Shown in pieces: positions 40,528-51,466 of a DNA stretch of 64,000 bases. The notes under the pieces are model-generated. The model searched no databases and was not told where the DNA came from. It worked only from the letters and a program-made list of their open reading frames with translations. Every line of letters begins with the position of its first letter. Position 1 is the stretch's first letter. The position numbers and the translations under genes were made by a program. The stretch comes from Chloroflexota bacterium. GTDB lineage: Bacteria > Chloroflexota > UBA11872 > VXOZ01. Location: contig OZ219802.1 of NCBI GenBank assembly GCA_964291655.2, positions 1,728,001 to 1,792,000 on the forward strand, given 5' to 3'.

Positions 40528-41376
40528 ATGGGTCTGGAAATTGACGCTTGGATGCGCGTACCCTCTGAGACTCTGCAAGACGAGGCCAAAGTGCCGGTGC
40601 GCTTCGTGCGAAGCCGTGCGGCCCTCTACGCCGCGTTCGCGCGCGAGATTGCCGACGAAATCAAAGCCCACAACGCCGCCGGTGAACCGACGCGGCTCAT
40701 TCTGCCGGTGGGACCTATAGGTCAATTCCCGGTCCTCGCCGAAATCTGCAACCGCGAGCGCATCTCGTGGCAGAACGTGTGGACGTTCAACATGGACGAG
40801 TACTGTGACTGGGAGGGCCGCTCGATTCCGCTCGACCATCCGCTGAGCTTCGAGGGCTATATGCGCGAAGAATTCTTTGCGCGGCTCGAGCCTGACCTGC
40901 GCATACCTGAAGACCACGTCTTCTTTCCCCGCATCGAGCGCATCGACGAGGTAAGCGAGACCATCGCCGCGCTTGGCGGCATCGACTCCTGCTACGGGGG
41001 GATCGGCATCCACGGTCACGTGGCCTTCAACGAGCCGCCCATCTGCCGCTTCTACCAGGTGACGCTGGAGGAGTTTCGCAATTCCCGCACCCGCGTCCTG
41101 CCGCTGGCGCCGGAGACCACGGTGATGAATTCCATCCGCCGCGTGGGGGGCAATTTCTATACCTTCCCGCCCATGGCGATCACGCTCGGCATGAAGGACA
41201 TCCTGGAATCCCGCCGCATTAGGCTCTACTGCGACGGCGGCGACTGGCAGAAAGCCATCCTGCGCATCGCCCTGCTCGGCGACGTCTCCACCCACTACCC
41301 GGCGACCCTGCTCCAAGAGCATCCGGATGCCCTCATCACCGCCGATGCCGAGACGGCAGCGCCACTGACAGACTAG
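40528..41376 (+). CDS. Glucosamine-6-phosphate deaminase-like protein
   Basis: FNMDEY, GGIGIHGHVAFNEP, AITLGMKDI, YPATLLQEH. Confidence 0.88.
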   Translation: MGLEIDAWMRVPSETLQDEAKVPVRFVRSRAALYAAFAREIADEIKAHNAAGEPTRLILPVGPIGQFPVLAEICNRERISWQNVWTFNMDEYCDWEGRSIPLDHPLSFEGYMREEFFARLEPDLRIPEDHVFFPRIERIDEVSETIAALGGIDSCYGGIGIHGHVAFNEPPICRFYQVTLEEFRNSRTRVLPLAPETTVMNSIRRVGGNFYTFPPMAITLGMKDILESRRIRLYCDGGDWQKAILRIALLGDVSTHYPATLLQEHPDALITADAETAAPLTD

Positions 41377-41453
41377 TGCAAGGCTCTACGGATGATTCGC
41401 AATGCTCGTGAAGTCCGGCGGGTTGGCGAAAAACTCGAACGAAACCAACAATT

Positions 41454-42065
41454 TCACTGCTGGCACAATTCCTCAAGAGTAGAGAGAAAGCGTTCGGCAT
41501 AGGGCGACTTACTCCTGACCTTTGCAGGATCCAACTCCGCGAGAATTTCGAAACTGTGCTTTCCCTTGGAGTACGTGCCCTTGCTTGTACTGCGCGTAGC
41601 CTGACTTAGTCCTCTTACCAGGTCCTGTTTTGGAACTTCCTCGACACTTGGGTTTCTTGGGAGCGCCGACTTTCGAAATCCCTGTCCGTAATAGGATTCA
41701 AGAGCATCCATGTCAGCGAGAAACCACGATTCCATGGCTTGTACCATGAGATGACATTGTTCGTCAGTCGCATCTCCCGGGCGGCTCCACCCATCAGGCC
41801 TTTGCTTGAGATGTTCCCAGGGCTTTGCGTTTGCAGCCGGCGCTTTTACGGGTCGCTCGGCGTCCACGAGCAGAAGATGAATTTGCTTGTCACCTGGCGC
41901 ACCCTTGAAGTCTTCAAGGGCGTCCGTGCGGCTGCCGCAGAGCACTACTTCAACATTCCTGCCCGTCAGTTTTGCCTTTTCGATGAAATTTCGAAAGTCC
42001 CGGCGGAGAATTGAATTCGCCGCCTTGCTGGTGCCCCCGCCTTCTACGAATAACCTGACCTTCAC
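41454..42065 (-). CDS. DUF4276 (RloB/TOPRIM-like) protein
   Basis: LFVEGGG, LLVDAE, MESWFLAD, YSKG.HS; GTGA overlap with the ATPase stop. Confidence 0.82.
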   Translation of the reverse strand: MKVRLFVEGGGTSKAANSILRRDFRNFIEKAKLTGRNVEVVLCGSRTDALEDFKGAPGDKQIHLLLVDAERPVKAPAANAKPWEHLKQRPDGWSRPGDATDEQCHLMVQAMESWFLADMDALESYYGQGFRKSALPRNPSVEEVPKQDLVRGLSQATRSTSKGTYSKGKHSFEILAELDPAKVRSKSPYAERFLSTLEELCQQ

Positions 42066-43252
42066 CAAAGATTTCCTCCGATGTGCCCGCGTGTCCAAAG
42101 TTCACCAAGACGGTACTTTTCCAGCCAGACCTTGAGATCGTCTGCATCGAGACGCCGGAGTTGCGTTGATCCGTTGACTTTCTCGCAAATCACGACCGCC
42201 TCCGGTGTTTCAGATAGCGCATCCACGAGGATATCGGAGTGGGTTGTGACGATTATCTGGCTGTGTTTCGATGCTTCCACGAGGAGACTTGCTAACCCTG
42301 GAATTACATCGGGATGCAGTCCCGTTTCCGGTTCTTCGATGCAAATCACCGATGGCTTCTGAGGATGGCAAAGCACAGTGAGCAGACAGAGATAGCGCAG
42401 AGTGCCATCGGATAGTCTTGTTGAAGTCACAGGTTGATGTAATCCTTCCTCGTGGAAGGATAATTGAATACTACCTCCAAGCACGGTAGCAAGAATGTCC
42501 TGTACTGAGGGATAGAATTCTTGAAGATGGTCTAGCATTCTTGCCTTAATGGTCGGTTGATTCAGCAGATAGCTCAATACCACGGCGAGATTTGAGCCAT
42601 CTTCCAACAGGTAATCTTGGATATGATCAACTCGCTGAGGCCGCCGCAACGGCGTGCCATGCCCGATTTGAAACTCGCGATAGAAATGCATTTCCTCGAA
42701 CGTCTGCGTTAGTAACTCCAACTCATTGTAAGAGCCCGGATTTCGCAGTTGCGACAGGATAGACTGGCTGAATTTGACAGTGCCCCGTTCCAGATGTCGT
42801 ACTGATGAAGGTCTCCTGCCAGCCCTCACTACGGGCTCGCCGCCTCGATATTGGTAATAGAAGACCGGGCTCTCGTCTGGAGAATTTGCGTGCTCGTCTT
42901 CTACAACCTCGTCCATGAGCCTGAAGCGAGCAAACAATTCGCTAAACGACAGTCGATACCTAAGTGGAATCTCGTTCAGCATGTTTTCGACAATAACATC
43001 TAGAGTCGCCATGGGAACGTCCTGCGACCCTTTCCACAGCCACTCAACTGTACCGCCTCCCTCACGAAGCGGTGTCTGCACATCCCTTGGCGTCGCTGCT
43101 AAGATTGTCAAGGCCTCAATGAAATTGGACTTCCCTGAAGCGTTTGGCCCTATCAGGACATTCAAAGGTTCCAGGTCAAGCGGAGGCGTGGAAGGCCCAA
43201 AGGAGAGGATGTTCTCAAATTGGACCCTCCGTATAAGCCTCTTGCCGTCCAT
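42062..43252 (-). CDS. AAA_21/AAA_15-type ABC ATPase
   Basis: GPNASGKSN, LSDGTLR, IEEPETGLHP, TTHS. Confidence 0.9.
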   Translation of the reverse strand: MDGKRLIRRVQFENILSFGPSTPPLDLEPLNVLIGPNASGKSNFIEALTILAATPRDVQTPLREGGGTVEWLWKGSQDVPMATLDVIVENMLNEIPLRYRLSFSELFARFRLMDEVVEDEHANSPDESPVFYYQYRGGEPVVRAGRRPSSVRHLERGTVKFSQSILSQLRNPGSYNELELLTQTFEEMHFYREFQIGHGTPLRRPQRVDHIQDYLLEDGSNLAVVLSYLLNQPTIKARMLDHLQEFYPSVQDILATVLGGSIQLSFHEEGLHQPVTSTRLSDGTLRYLCLLTVLCHPQKPSVICIEEPETGLHPDVIPGLASLLVEASKHSQIIVTTHSDILVDALSETPEAVVICEKVNGSTQLRRLDADDLKVWLEKYRLGELWTRGHIGGNLW

Positions 43253-43641
43253 CGTACTATCCTCCCTCTGTATCTTCCCCCTAAAAAGATACCAAAAGTG
43301 TGCGCAAGGCGTGTGCTGGAACGCTTTCGCGACACTTCCACCCCGGAATGGCAAACTACAGCGGATGCAGGCGCAATTCTTCACCTCTCGGGAATTGCCA
43401 CAAGTAGACTCGAACAGTTCGACTGACCTTGCCAATCTTCCGCATGGCCTCTGCAAGACCATTCACCGTAGCGTGACCAGTTGTGGAAGACTTGCGGCAA
43501 CATTGCAGCACACAATGAAAACGAAAGGAAGCCTCTTGGTGGTATCATTCCACAAGAAGAACATTAGTTTCTCACTTTGCCTAACTGGGCAGCATCAATT
43601 TACTGGAGCATGCTAACAAAGCGTTAGGAGGCAATTCTCTC

Positions 43642-44649
43642 ATGGCAGCGCAACAGGATCCGGTTCGGTTCGGCATTATTGGTCTCGGCGTGGGCAAGTC
43701 GCGGGTGAAGCAGGCGGCGACCACGGCGGGGGCGGAGCTGGTGGCGGTGTGCGACCTGCAGGAAGAGCTGGCACAGGCGCAGGCGGCGGAGTACGGGTGC
43801 GACTGGCACACCGACCACCGCGCCTTGCTGGAGCGGCAGGACATCGACGCCGTGGGCATCTTCACGCCCAGCGGCACCCATGGCGACCTGGCGATCGAGA
43901 GTCTTCAGGCGGGCAAGCACACGTTTACGACCAAGCCGATGGACGTCACCACGGCGAAGATCGACCAGGTGCTGGCCGCCGCAGAGGAGAGCGGTCAGTT
44001 GCTGGCGGTGGACTTTCAACGCCGCTACGAACTGAGCACGCGCCTGATTAAGCAGGCGATAGACGCGGGACGGCTCGGCCGCCCGATCTTTGGCGACTTC
44101 CGGCTGAAGTGGTACCGCGCCGACAGTTACTTTGCCGGCGGGAATCCACCCGGGTGGCGCGGCACGTGGCAGTACGACGGCGGCGGTTCGGCAGCCAACC
44201 AGGGCATCCACGGCATCGATCAGACACTCTGGTTCATGGGGCCGGTGCAGAGTGTGCGGGCGCGCATCAACGTCTTCAATCACGACATCGAGACCGAAGA
44301 CGCCTTGGAGGCGCTGGTCACCTATGCGTCCGGCGCGTGGGGCATCATACAGACCACGACCACCGTCTACGGCGGCCTGGGGCACGAGCATGAGATTCAC
44401 GGCACCGACGGCACCATCCAGATGCGGCAAGAGGACATTACAACGTGGGCTTTTGTCGATGACCCCGACGGCGGCCTGCCAGATCCGGCGGAGCTTCCGC
44501 CCGGGCCCAAGAACATTATCGAGGACATGATCGGCGCATTGCGCGACGGCAAGCCGGTCGCGTGCACCGGGCCTGAAGGGCGTCGCTCAGTGGAATTGCT
44601 GGAAGCCATGTACACGTCGGCGCGCGAGGACCGGGAAGTTACGCTGTAG
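43642..44649 (+). CDS. Gfo/Idh/MocA oxidoreductase
   Basis: FGIIGLG, GKH...KP, WRG....GGG..NQGIH..D. Confidence 0.92.
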   Translation: MAAQQDPVRFGIIGLGVGKSRVKQAATTAGAELVAVCDLQEELAQAQAAEYGCDWHTDHRALLERQDIDAVGIFTPSGTHGDLAIESLQAGKHTFTTKPMDVTTAKIDQVLAAAEESGQLLAVDFQRRYELSTRLIKQAIDAGRLGRPIFGDFRLKWYRADSYFAGGNPPGWRGTWQYDGGGSAANQGIHGIDQTLWFMGPVQSVRARINVFNHDIETEDALEALVTYASGAWGIIQTTTTVYGGLGHEHEIHGTDGTIQMRQEDITTWAFVDDPDGGLPDPAELPPGPKNIIEDMIGALRDGKPVACTGPEGRRSVELLEAMYTSAREDREVTL

Positions 44650-44773
44650 CGCGAACTCACGGCTCTGTGCCTTCCGCTGCCAGTCTCAACGGCCTCCGTA
44701 TTCCAATTATGGCCTCCTGACCGCCACCGCAGCCGTTCCTGCGGTCAAAGCGCACGTCCCAGGAGGATGATGC

Positions 44774-46198
44774 TCACACATTCAGGGGAAGCCGCATAGT
44801 AACGGTGACGCCTTGTTCCAGCCCGTCGCTGGCTACGTCAACTGTACCCCCGTGCGCTGCAACGATTGCTTGGGTGATGGCCAAACCCAGACCCGTGCCG
44901 CCTATGCCGCGACTGCGAGACTGGTCGGTGCGGTAGAAGCGGTCAAAGACATGGGGCAGGTCCGCGACGTCGATGCCGATCCCGTCATCGGTGATTGAGA
45001 TTGCCAACGCCTCAGCCGCCGCCGTACCCGCTGCGGGGTCGCCTTCCAACCCCGCCCTGAGCACGATGCTCCCGCCGGCCTCGGTTGCATTGATAGCGTT
45101 GCTTATGACGTTTCCCAATGCCTGGCTCATTCGCATCCGGTCGAGGTTTACGTCAGGGAGGCCAGCGGATGCTTGTAGCGACAATTCGACCTGTTCCGCC
45201 TGGCATTGCGGCTGCCAGCGATCGGCCTCTGCGGTGAGCAGTTCATCAACCGAACTTGATTCGAGCGTGAGCCGCAACTCTCCATAGTCCGTCTCCGCAA
45301 GCCAATTCAGATCCGTTACGAGACCGCGCAGCCTGCTCACTTCCTGGATGATGTGATCGGAGGCGTCCTCAGGCGTCTGCAGTCCGTCGCGCAGCCCTTG
45401 CGCTTCCAGTTGTATGACGCTCAGCGGCGTATTCAGCTCATGGGAAACGTCGTTTATCAGCCGCCGGCGGAGTTCGCGCTGGGTTTCCAAGGTGGTGATC
45501 ATCCGGTTGAATGCCGTGCTCATCCGGCCCAGCTCGTCCGAGGACGTGACAGGCAGTTGGGTCGTATCCCCTTGGGCGATTGCCTGAGTTGCCTCGGTCA
45601 GGGCCGTCACCGGCGCCGTGATCCGCTTGGATAACCAGGCGGCCAGCAGCATGGCGACGCCGGCCGTCAGTGTGCCGCCTATCAGGGTGATGTACAGGAG
45701 CGTGTTGAGAAACCCAAGCGACTCGGTCGCGAGCAACTCCTGGTTTACGTCCACGTAGACGTGGCCTACAGGCCGGTTCGCAGTAAGATCGAACACCGTC
45801 TCGCGATGCCCGCCCAGATCGGGCGCCGCGGTCCCAGGTGACAGGTCGGACAAATTGTCCTGCACCACACGTCCGTCGCTGCCGACGATGACCACTCGTA
45901 CCTGGTCTCTGTGGAAAAGTTCCGAGGACTCCTCTTGCCCGTGCCCCTCACTCTCCCGGCCTCCAGTGTAGATGAACCCGGCCTCGGACAGCACTCTGTC
46001 CACGGTTTCCCACCCACCGGCAGCGGTATACTCCCGGCTCAGATTCCGGGCTAACTGGGTCGCCTCGTCACCGCCTATCCTTTCCACGAACACACCCAGG
46101 CGGGATTGTGTCGCGTAATAGCCTACGCTAACACTGATCAAGACGGTGAGGACGACGACAAGGACGGTCGCGCCCATGATGCGCCAGCGCAGCGGCAT
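44774..46198 (-). CDS. HAMP sensor histidine kinase (BaeS-like)
   Basis: 2 TM, HAMP, DVSHELNTPL, NVISNA, DDGIG, FDRFYR, GTGLGL. Confidence 0.95.
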   Translation of the reverse strand: MPLRWRIMGATVLVVVLTVLISVSVGYYATQSRLGVFVERIGGDEATQLARNLSREYTAAGGWETVDRVLSEAGFIYTGGRESEGHGQEESSELFHRDQVRVVIVGSDGRVVQDNLSDLSPGTAAPDLGGHRETVFDLTANRPVGHVYVDVNQELLATESLGFLNTLLYITLIGGTLTAGVAMLLAAWLSKRITAPVTALTEATQAIAQGDTTQLPVTSSDELGRMSTAFNRMITTLETQRELRRRLINDVSHELNTPLSVIQLEAQGLRDGLQTPEDASDHIIQEVSRLRGLVTDLNWLAETDYGELRLTLESSSVDELLTAEADRWQPQCQAEQVELSLQASAGLPDVNLDRMRMSQALGNVISNAINATEAGGSIVLRAGLEGDPAAGTAAAEALAISITDDGIGIDVADLPHVFDRFYRTDQSRSRGIGGTGLGLAITQAIVAAHGGTVDVASDGLEQGVTVTMRLPLNV

Positions 46199-46875
46199 TA
46201 TTCGTCCTCCACCACGAACCGATAGCCGGCGCCGTAAACCGTTTGAATGGGTTGCCTGCCATTGCGGTTGATCTGCTTGCGCAGGCGGGCGACCTGGTTG
46301 TCGATGGCGCGGTCGAATCCATCGAATTCGTCACTGAACGCCAACTCGATGAGTTGATCGCGGCTGAGCACCTGGTTGGGATGACGCATGAACGTTGCGA
46401 GCAGAGCGATCTGTGCCTGGCTCAGCGTCACCGGTTCTCCACTGACCGTCACGCTCCGGTCGGTCTCATTGAGCGTAATGGCGCCGCGTGTGAGAATCTG
46501 CTGGACTTTGCCCTTGACGCGGCGCAGCACGGCGTCGGCGCGCGCAATCACTTCCTCCGGATCGAAAGGCTTGACGATGTAATCGTCAGCACCGCTATCC
46601 AGTCCGCCGATGCGCTCGGCAGGAGCTTCTCTGGCGGTCAACATGATGATGGGTACATCCGACTCGCGACGTAGGATCTTGCAAAGTTCCACACCGTCGA
46701 GCCGGGGAAGCATGAGGTCGAGGATTATCAGGTCCGGGATCAGATTCCGGGCCAGCGCCAGACCGGATTCACCGTCGTGCGTAACCTCAGCGGAGAAACC
46801 GGCACGCTCGAAATACACTTTGACCCAATTTGCGATTCTGGTATCGTCTTCGACTATTAGTACTGTGCCGCGCAT
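46198..46875 (-). CDS. OmpR-family response regulator
   Basis: VEDD, LDLMLP, GADDYIVKPF, TVYGAGY. Confidence 0.96.
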   Translation of the reverse strand: MRGTVLIVEDDTRIANWVKVYFERAGFSAEVTHDGESGLALARNLIPDLIILDLMLPRLDGVELCKILRRESDVPIIMLTAREAPAERIGGLDSGADDYIVKPFDPEEVIARADAVLRRVKGKVQQILTRGAITLNETDRSVTVSGEPVTLSQAQIALLATFMRHPNQVLSRDQLIELAFSDEFDGFDRAIDNQVARLRKQINRNGRQPIQTVYGAGYRFVVEDE

Positions 46876-47002
46876 TGCCAGCCTTCTCGGAAACTACCTC
46901 AGGACGCGACGCCTCCGGAGAGGCATCGCGTCCCTTTGTGCGGTTCAATTATCTCACGTGCAGTGGGGTTGCGACATCTTCATGAAATGATGTCACTTCG
47001 TC

Positions 47003-48442
47003 CTAGCCGCCGCCACTCTGCTCACCGCCGGAGCCGTGTTCGCCGCCGGACTCGCCACCGCCACCACTGCCGCCATGCTCACCACTGCCTTCACCGCCGC
47101 CGCTGCCAACCTCGGCATGGGCCACCCAGCCGGTGAACGCTGCGGCCGTCGAGGGCAGATTGACATCTAGCTTCTCGCCGGGAGCCAGATCCACCGGAGT
47201 GGTCGGACCAAGCTCTGCCCCGTTCGAGAGATGCACTTCAATCCGCACCTGGCGCAAGATGTTGTTGGTCGTGTTCTCCACAGTGCCCTTGAAGGCATTG
47301 CTGCCAGCGTCGTAGCTCAAGATCAGCCGGGCGCCGCTGCGCACCATGTCGAAGGTCTCGTCCGGCGCCAGTTGGTTGGCAGTGGCTTCTTCACCGCCGC
47401 CAGAGCCTTCGCCGCCTTCGCTACCAGAACCTTCGCCGCCGCTGCCTTCAGCGCCCTCGCCTCCGGTGTGAGGCGCAGGACCCGTACCGCCACAGTCGAA
47501 CACTTCCATGTGAATGACGTAGCCGTCGAAGGCAACTCCTGCGAGCTGCGGTTCACTCGAGACTGCAATGCTGGACGTTGCTTGCTGTCCGGGGCTCAGG
47601 TGCCCCAGCATGTCGGGGCCAAGTTCCCCTACGGTCTGCGTCCCTGACTTCAGGTGAGGCTCGGCCTGCACGTAGCAGAGCACCTCCTGAAGTGTGTTCT
47701 GCACCGTGGTGTGGACAGTCCGGGTCGCCGCATCGTACCGCGCGAAGACAACTAGCCCACCAAGTTCACCATTCCACGTCTGATCGAGAGGCGTGATGGG
47801 GCTGGACATGGCAGCTTCCATCGCGGCTTCATTGCTGCTCTCTTTGCCTTCGGGACCATCCGGTCCACTCTCGCCGCCGCTGCCTTCACCGCCGGACTGG
47901 CTGCCCTCGCCACCGCTGCCAACCTCGGCATGGGCCACCCAGGTCGTGAACGCTGCGGCCGTCGAGGGTAGATTGATGTCTACCTTCCCGCCGGGAGCCA
48001 AATCCACCGGAGTGGTCGGTCCAAGCTCTGCCCCGTTCGAGAGGTGCACTTCAATCCGCACCTGGCGCAAGACGTTGTTGGTCGTGTTCTCCACGGTGCC
48101 CGTGAAAGCATTGCTGCCGGCGTCGTAGCTTAAGATCAGCCGGGCGCCGTTGCGCACCATGTCGAAGGTCTCATCCGCCGCCAGTTGGTTGGCTGTGGCT
48201 TCTTCGCCGCCGCCGGCGCCTTCGCCACCTTGGCCTTCAGTGCCTTCTCCGCCGCTATGCTCACCACCGGATTCGCCGCCGCTCCCTTCGGAGGCCTCCT
48301 GGCTTACCGTTGCGCTGCCGGAACCTTGGCCGTCGAGAACCCCGGAGATGGGCCCACAGCCGACCAGCGTCCCCCCGCCGATTAGGGCCGCCAAAAGCGG
48401 CCCAATCAGCAATGTCTTCTTCGTCAGCTTCTTGCCATTCAT
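47003..48442 (-). CDS. Lipoprotein with two near-identical FxLYD-like beta domains and Gly/Ser/Glu/His linkers
   Basis: Lipobox LVGC; duplicated EEATANQLA...GTVENTT...WVAHAEVG block. Confidence 0.8.
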   Translation of the reverse strand: MNGKKLTKKTLLIGPLLAALIGGGTLVGCGPISGVLDGQGSGSATVSQEASEGSGGESGGEHSGGEGTEGQGGEGAGGGEEATANQLAADETFDMVRNGARLILSYDAGSNAFTGTVENTTNNVLRQVRIEVHLSNGAELGPTTPVDLAPGGKVDINLPSTAAAFTTWVAHAEVGSGGEGSQSGGEGSGGESGPDGPEGKESSNEAAMEAAMSSPITPLDQTWNGELGGLVVFARYDAATRTVHTTVQNTLQEVLCYVQAEPHLKSGTQTVGELGPDMLGHLSPGQQATSSIAVSSEPQLAGVAFDGYVIHMEVFDCGGTGPAPHTGGEGAEGSGGEGSGSEGGEGSGGGEEATANQLAPDETFDMVRSGARLILSYDAGSNAFKGTVENTTNNILRQVRIEVHLSNGAELGPTTPVDLAPGEKLDVNLPSTAAAFTGWVAHAEVGSGGGEGSGEHGGSGGGGESGGEHGSGGEQSGGG

Positions 48443-48905
48443 CTTTTCACTCCTTTCGTGAAGCTCTTGTGACACTGCTCACGATAGCAATGAAATGTCG
48501 CAGAAATATGTCACCGGCAGACTGGATTGGCAAATGAAGAAAGTCGACAGGTTCAGAAGGGAAAACCAATCGCTGAGGGATCGAGGTCGAGCGCTGCCAG
48601 CGTCCGCATCACTTGTGAATCCTGGTATCGATACCGTCCTGCACGGGGTTCGCGGACAGCGCCCGCCCGCTGACCGGCGTGCTTCCGAATGGCGTGGTCC
48701 CGGCGTGCGACGGCCCAGAATGCGATCAGGGCTTCATCTGTGCATTCTGGAGCGAGATCGCGCAGCGGAGAATTCGCAGCACCGTACGCTCAGGGCATTC
48801 AGGATGCGCGCGAAATTACTCTTCGGCGCTGCCCTGCGGCACGGCGGGCAACATGGTACCATTGCGGCCAGAAACCATACGTCGGCTAATAAGGATGGGT
48901 ATGCT

Positions 48906-49742
48906 ATGGCGTTCCGGTATGCGTTCTGCAATGAGGCTTTTGAGGACTGGGAATTCGGGCGAATCTGTGACTATCTGGCGGAGCATGGGTATCAGGGGGT
49001 CGAAGCCGCGCCGTTTACGTTTGAACAGTCAGTCTTCGACATTACTCCGGAACAACGGACGGGCGCCCGGGAGGCCGCGGCAAACGCCGGGCTTGAGATC
49101 GTGGGTCTGCACTGGCTGCTCGTTGGGCCGGACGGTCTGCATCTCACGCACCCTGACCAGGCGGTCCGGCAGCGCACGATTGACTACCTGCGAGGGCTGA
49201 TCGCTCTCGGCCACGACATGAACGCGCCGTACCTAGTTTTCGGCTCGCCCAACCAACGCAACTTGCCGGAGGGCGTGAGCCACGAGCAGGGCATGGCGTA
49301 TGCCACGGATGTCTTTCAAAGCGTCTGCGACGAGGCGCAACAGGCCGGAACCGTGATTGCCATCGAGCCGCTGGCGCCGCCGCTGTGCCAGTTCATCACC
49401 ACCGCGGCGGAAGGCGCGGACCTGGTGCGCCGCGTCAACCATCCCGCCTTCAAGCTGCATCTCGACGTGAAAGCGATGGAGACAGCGGAAGCAGCGCCAT
49501 CTGCCGACATCATCCGCGCGCACGTGGGAGAATTCCCTCACTTTCACGCCAATGACTTCAATCTGAAAGCGCCCAGCTTCGGCGATACCGACTTCATTCC
49601 CATCATGCAAGCGTTGCACGATACCGGCTACGACGGCTACGTCTCAATCGAAATCTTCGAGTTCGAGCCGCACGCCTCCGTGCAAGCGCGCGAAGGCATT
49701 CGCTACTTGCAAGACTGCGCGGCGCAGGTTGAGAATTCCTAA
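48906..49742 (+). CDS. Sugar phosphate isomerase/epimerase (D-tagatose 3-epimerase-like TIM barrel)
   Basis: CNE, IEPL, LHLD..., HFHAND, YVSIE. Confidence 0.88.
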   Translation: MAFRYAFCNEAFEDWEFGRICDYLAEHGYQGVEAAPFTFEQSVFDITPEQRTGAREAAANAGLEIVGLHWLLVGPDGLHLTHPDQAVRQRTIDYLRGLIALGHDMNAPYLVFGSPNQRNLPEGVSHEQGMAYATDVFQSVCDEAQQAGTVIAIEPLAPPLCQFITTAAEGADLVRRVNHPAFKLHLDVKAMETAEAAPSADIIRAHVGEFPHFHANDFNLKAPSFGDTDFIPIMQALHDTGYDGYVSIEIFEFEPHASVQAREGIRYLQDCAAQVENS

Positions 49743-50045
49743 ACCCTGACGCCGTCACACCGGAAGTCGATGCTCCATCGCCGTATGCCGCCACGTCCGG
49801 TTCGCGCTCCGATACGGAGACGTTGAAATTATTTAGGCGACTTTCGTGGCGCTGCCAATTCTTCCAACTCGGGCCGCGACCCTGCGGCAAGCTCACCACG
49901 GGCACGCTTCGCATGAAGGTCCCATTCAGCCATTACAGCATTACGATCCGTTCGTGCTGAGGCGGCTACACTGACTTCGTCAATGACGCCCAGTCACCTG
50001 TCGAAGCACCAACGAGTTGGGACCAAGAGCGACAAAGACCCTATC

Positions 50046-51176
50046 TCACCGCGCGGTTGCGCCGACCGGTTGCAGCACCTCCTGGAGGCGGGCGATCACT
50101 GTGGGCACGTCCTCGGGGCGCAGCGTTATGGGATCGATGAAGAGGAATCCTTCCTCGGCGTAGTGGTCGCGCGTGTAAATGGGCGGGCTGCCGGCTTCGA
50201 GTGCCTGGCACACGGCCACGGCATCCATACCCGCGAACTCCGGATCGACCACGATCTTGGTGCGGGTCTGCGGATTACCGGTGACGTCCCGCTCGGCAAA
50301 GACGTTCGCACCGGGGATGTCCTGCAGCGCCGCCACCATCACGTCAACTTTGGCGTTCTGCTCGGCTTCCCAGGCGGCAAAGTCGAGATTCGCGAGCCAC
50401 TCCATGCGCTCGATGACGCTCACCACACCCTCTTTCGAAGGCTTCATCGCGCGGCCGATGCCCTTGCCGTTCATTGCTGCGGCTTCCACGATAGCGCGCT
50501 TGCCGGCGATCACGCCTGAGGTAAAGCCGCAGAGGTGCTTGTGACCGCTAAAACAGACGGCGTCCGCGCCTTCGTCAAGCAAGCAGTGCGCGAACAGCGC
50601 GCCGGCGGCGGCGTCAACAATGACGGGAATGTTGTGGCGGTGGGCAATCTCGGCAAAAGCCGGCAGCGAGAGCGCCCCGCTGGTGGCGGTCATGTGGGAA
50701 ACGACGTAGAGAGCCGCAGCGGTGTGATCCGTGATGGCGTACTCCATTTGTTCGGGTAGCGCGCGGTTGGCCTCGCCAAACTCCACGGCCTTGGCGCCGC
50801 TGAGGTGGACCATCTGCGTTACCGGCGCGCCAAACCCAACCGTGTGCCGTTTCTGAATGATGACCTCGTTCTCCATGCGGCTGGTATCGGGCAAAGCCAG
50901 CACTTTGCCGAGGTGCGTGCCCGTCATGGCTCCCGCGCAGAGGACGGTGATGGCCGATGCCGCGCAGTGTGTCACCGTGCCCGCTTCCGCGCCGGTAGCA
51001 TGGGCAATCGCAGAATCGGCAGCCGCCAGCAACTCCGTCATGCGCGCGAATTCCGGCGCCGCTTCGACCACCCGTTCCACCACTTCCGGCGGCACCGCGG
51101 ACGCGCCCAGGGTTGTCTGGGTACCGGCGGTGTTGATAATCGGCGTCAAGCCGTAACGTTCGTGATATTTGGACAT
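50046..51176 (-). CDS. SelA/DgaE-like PLP-dependent enzyme
   Basis: IINTAGT.T.LG, VDAAA, FSGHK, IGRAMK. Confidence 0.88.
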   Translation of the reverse strand: MSKYHERYGLTPIINTAGTQTTLGASAVPPEVVERVVEAAPEFARMTELLAAADSAIAHATGAEAGTVTHCAASAITVLCAGAMTGTHLGKVLALPDTSRMENEVIIQKRHTVGFGAPVTQMVHLSGAKAVEFGEANRALPEQMEYAITDHTAAALYVVSHMTATSGALSLPAFAEIAHRHNIPVIVDAAAGALFAHCLLDEGADAVCFSGHKHLCGFTSGVIAGKRAIVEAAAMNGKGIGRAMKPSKEGVVSVIERMEWLANLDFAAWEAEQNAKVDVMVAALQDIPGANVFAERDVTGNPQTRTKIVVDPEFAGMDAVAVCQALEAGSPPIYTRDHYAEEGFLFIDPITLRPEDVPTVIARLQEVLQPVGATAR

Positions 51177-51250
51177 GAGGGACAGTCTCCTCTCCTCTGC
51201 TTTTTCGGATTTGGTCGAGAGCCCAGAATTCAACACTTCCCTTAAAGTGC

Positions 51251-51278
51251 GTAGGGGCACGGCATGCCGTGCCCCTAC
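51251..51278. repeat. GTAG-type REP gtaggggcacggcatgccgtgcccctac (related copy near 58079)
   Basis: Perfect palindrome with GTAG/CTAC ends. Confidence 0.8.
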
Positions 51279-51466
51279 ATTCTATCTTGCTATCAGCGAA
51301 AACTCTCACAATAGTCACGCACGAGGGCAAGAATCCTCGCGTCTGGGTCTCGAAGCCCCCTCTCCCTCGACGGGAGAGGGTTGGGGTGAGGGTGAATGTT
51401 GCTAGTCAGGCAAACCTGCCCAAAGAACACTGTGGCGCATTCACGCTAGCCCACCTTAACTTCAAC

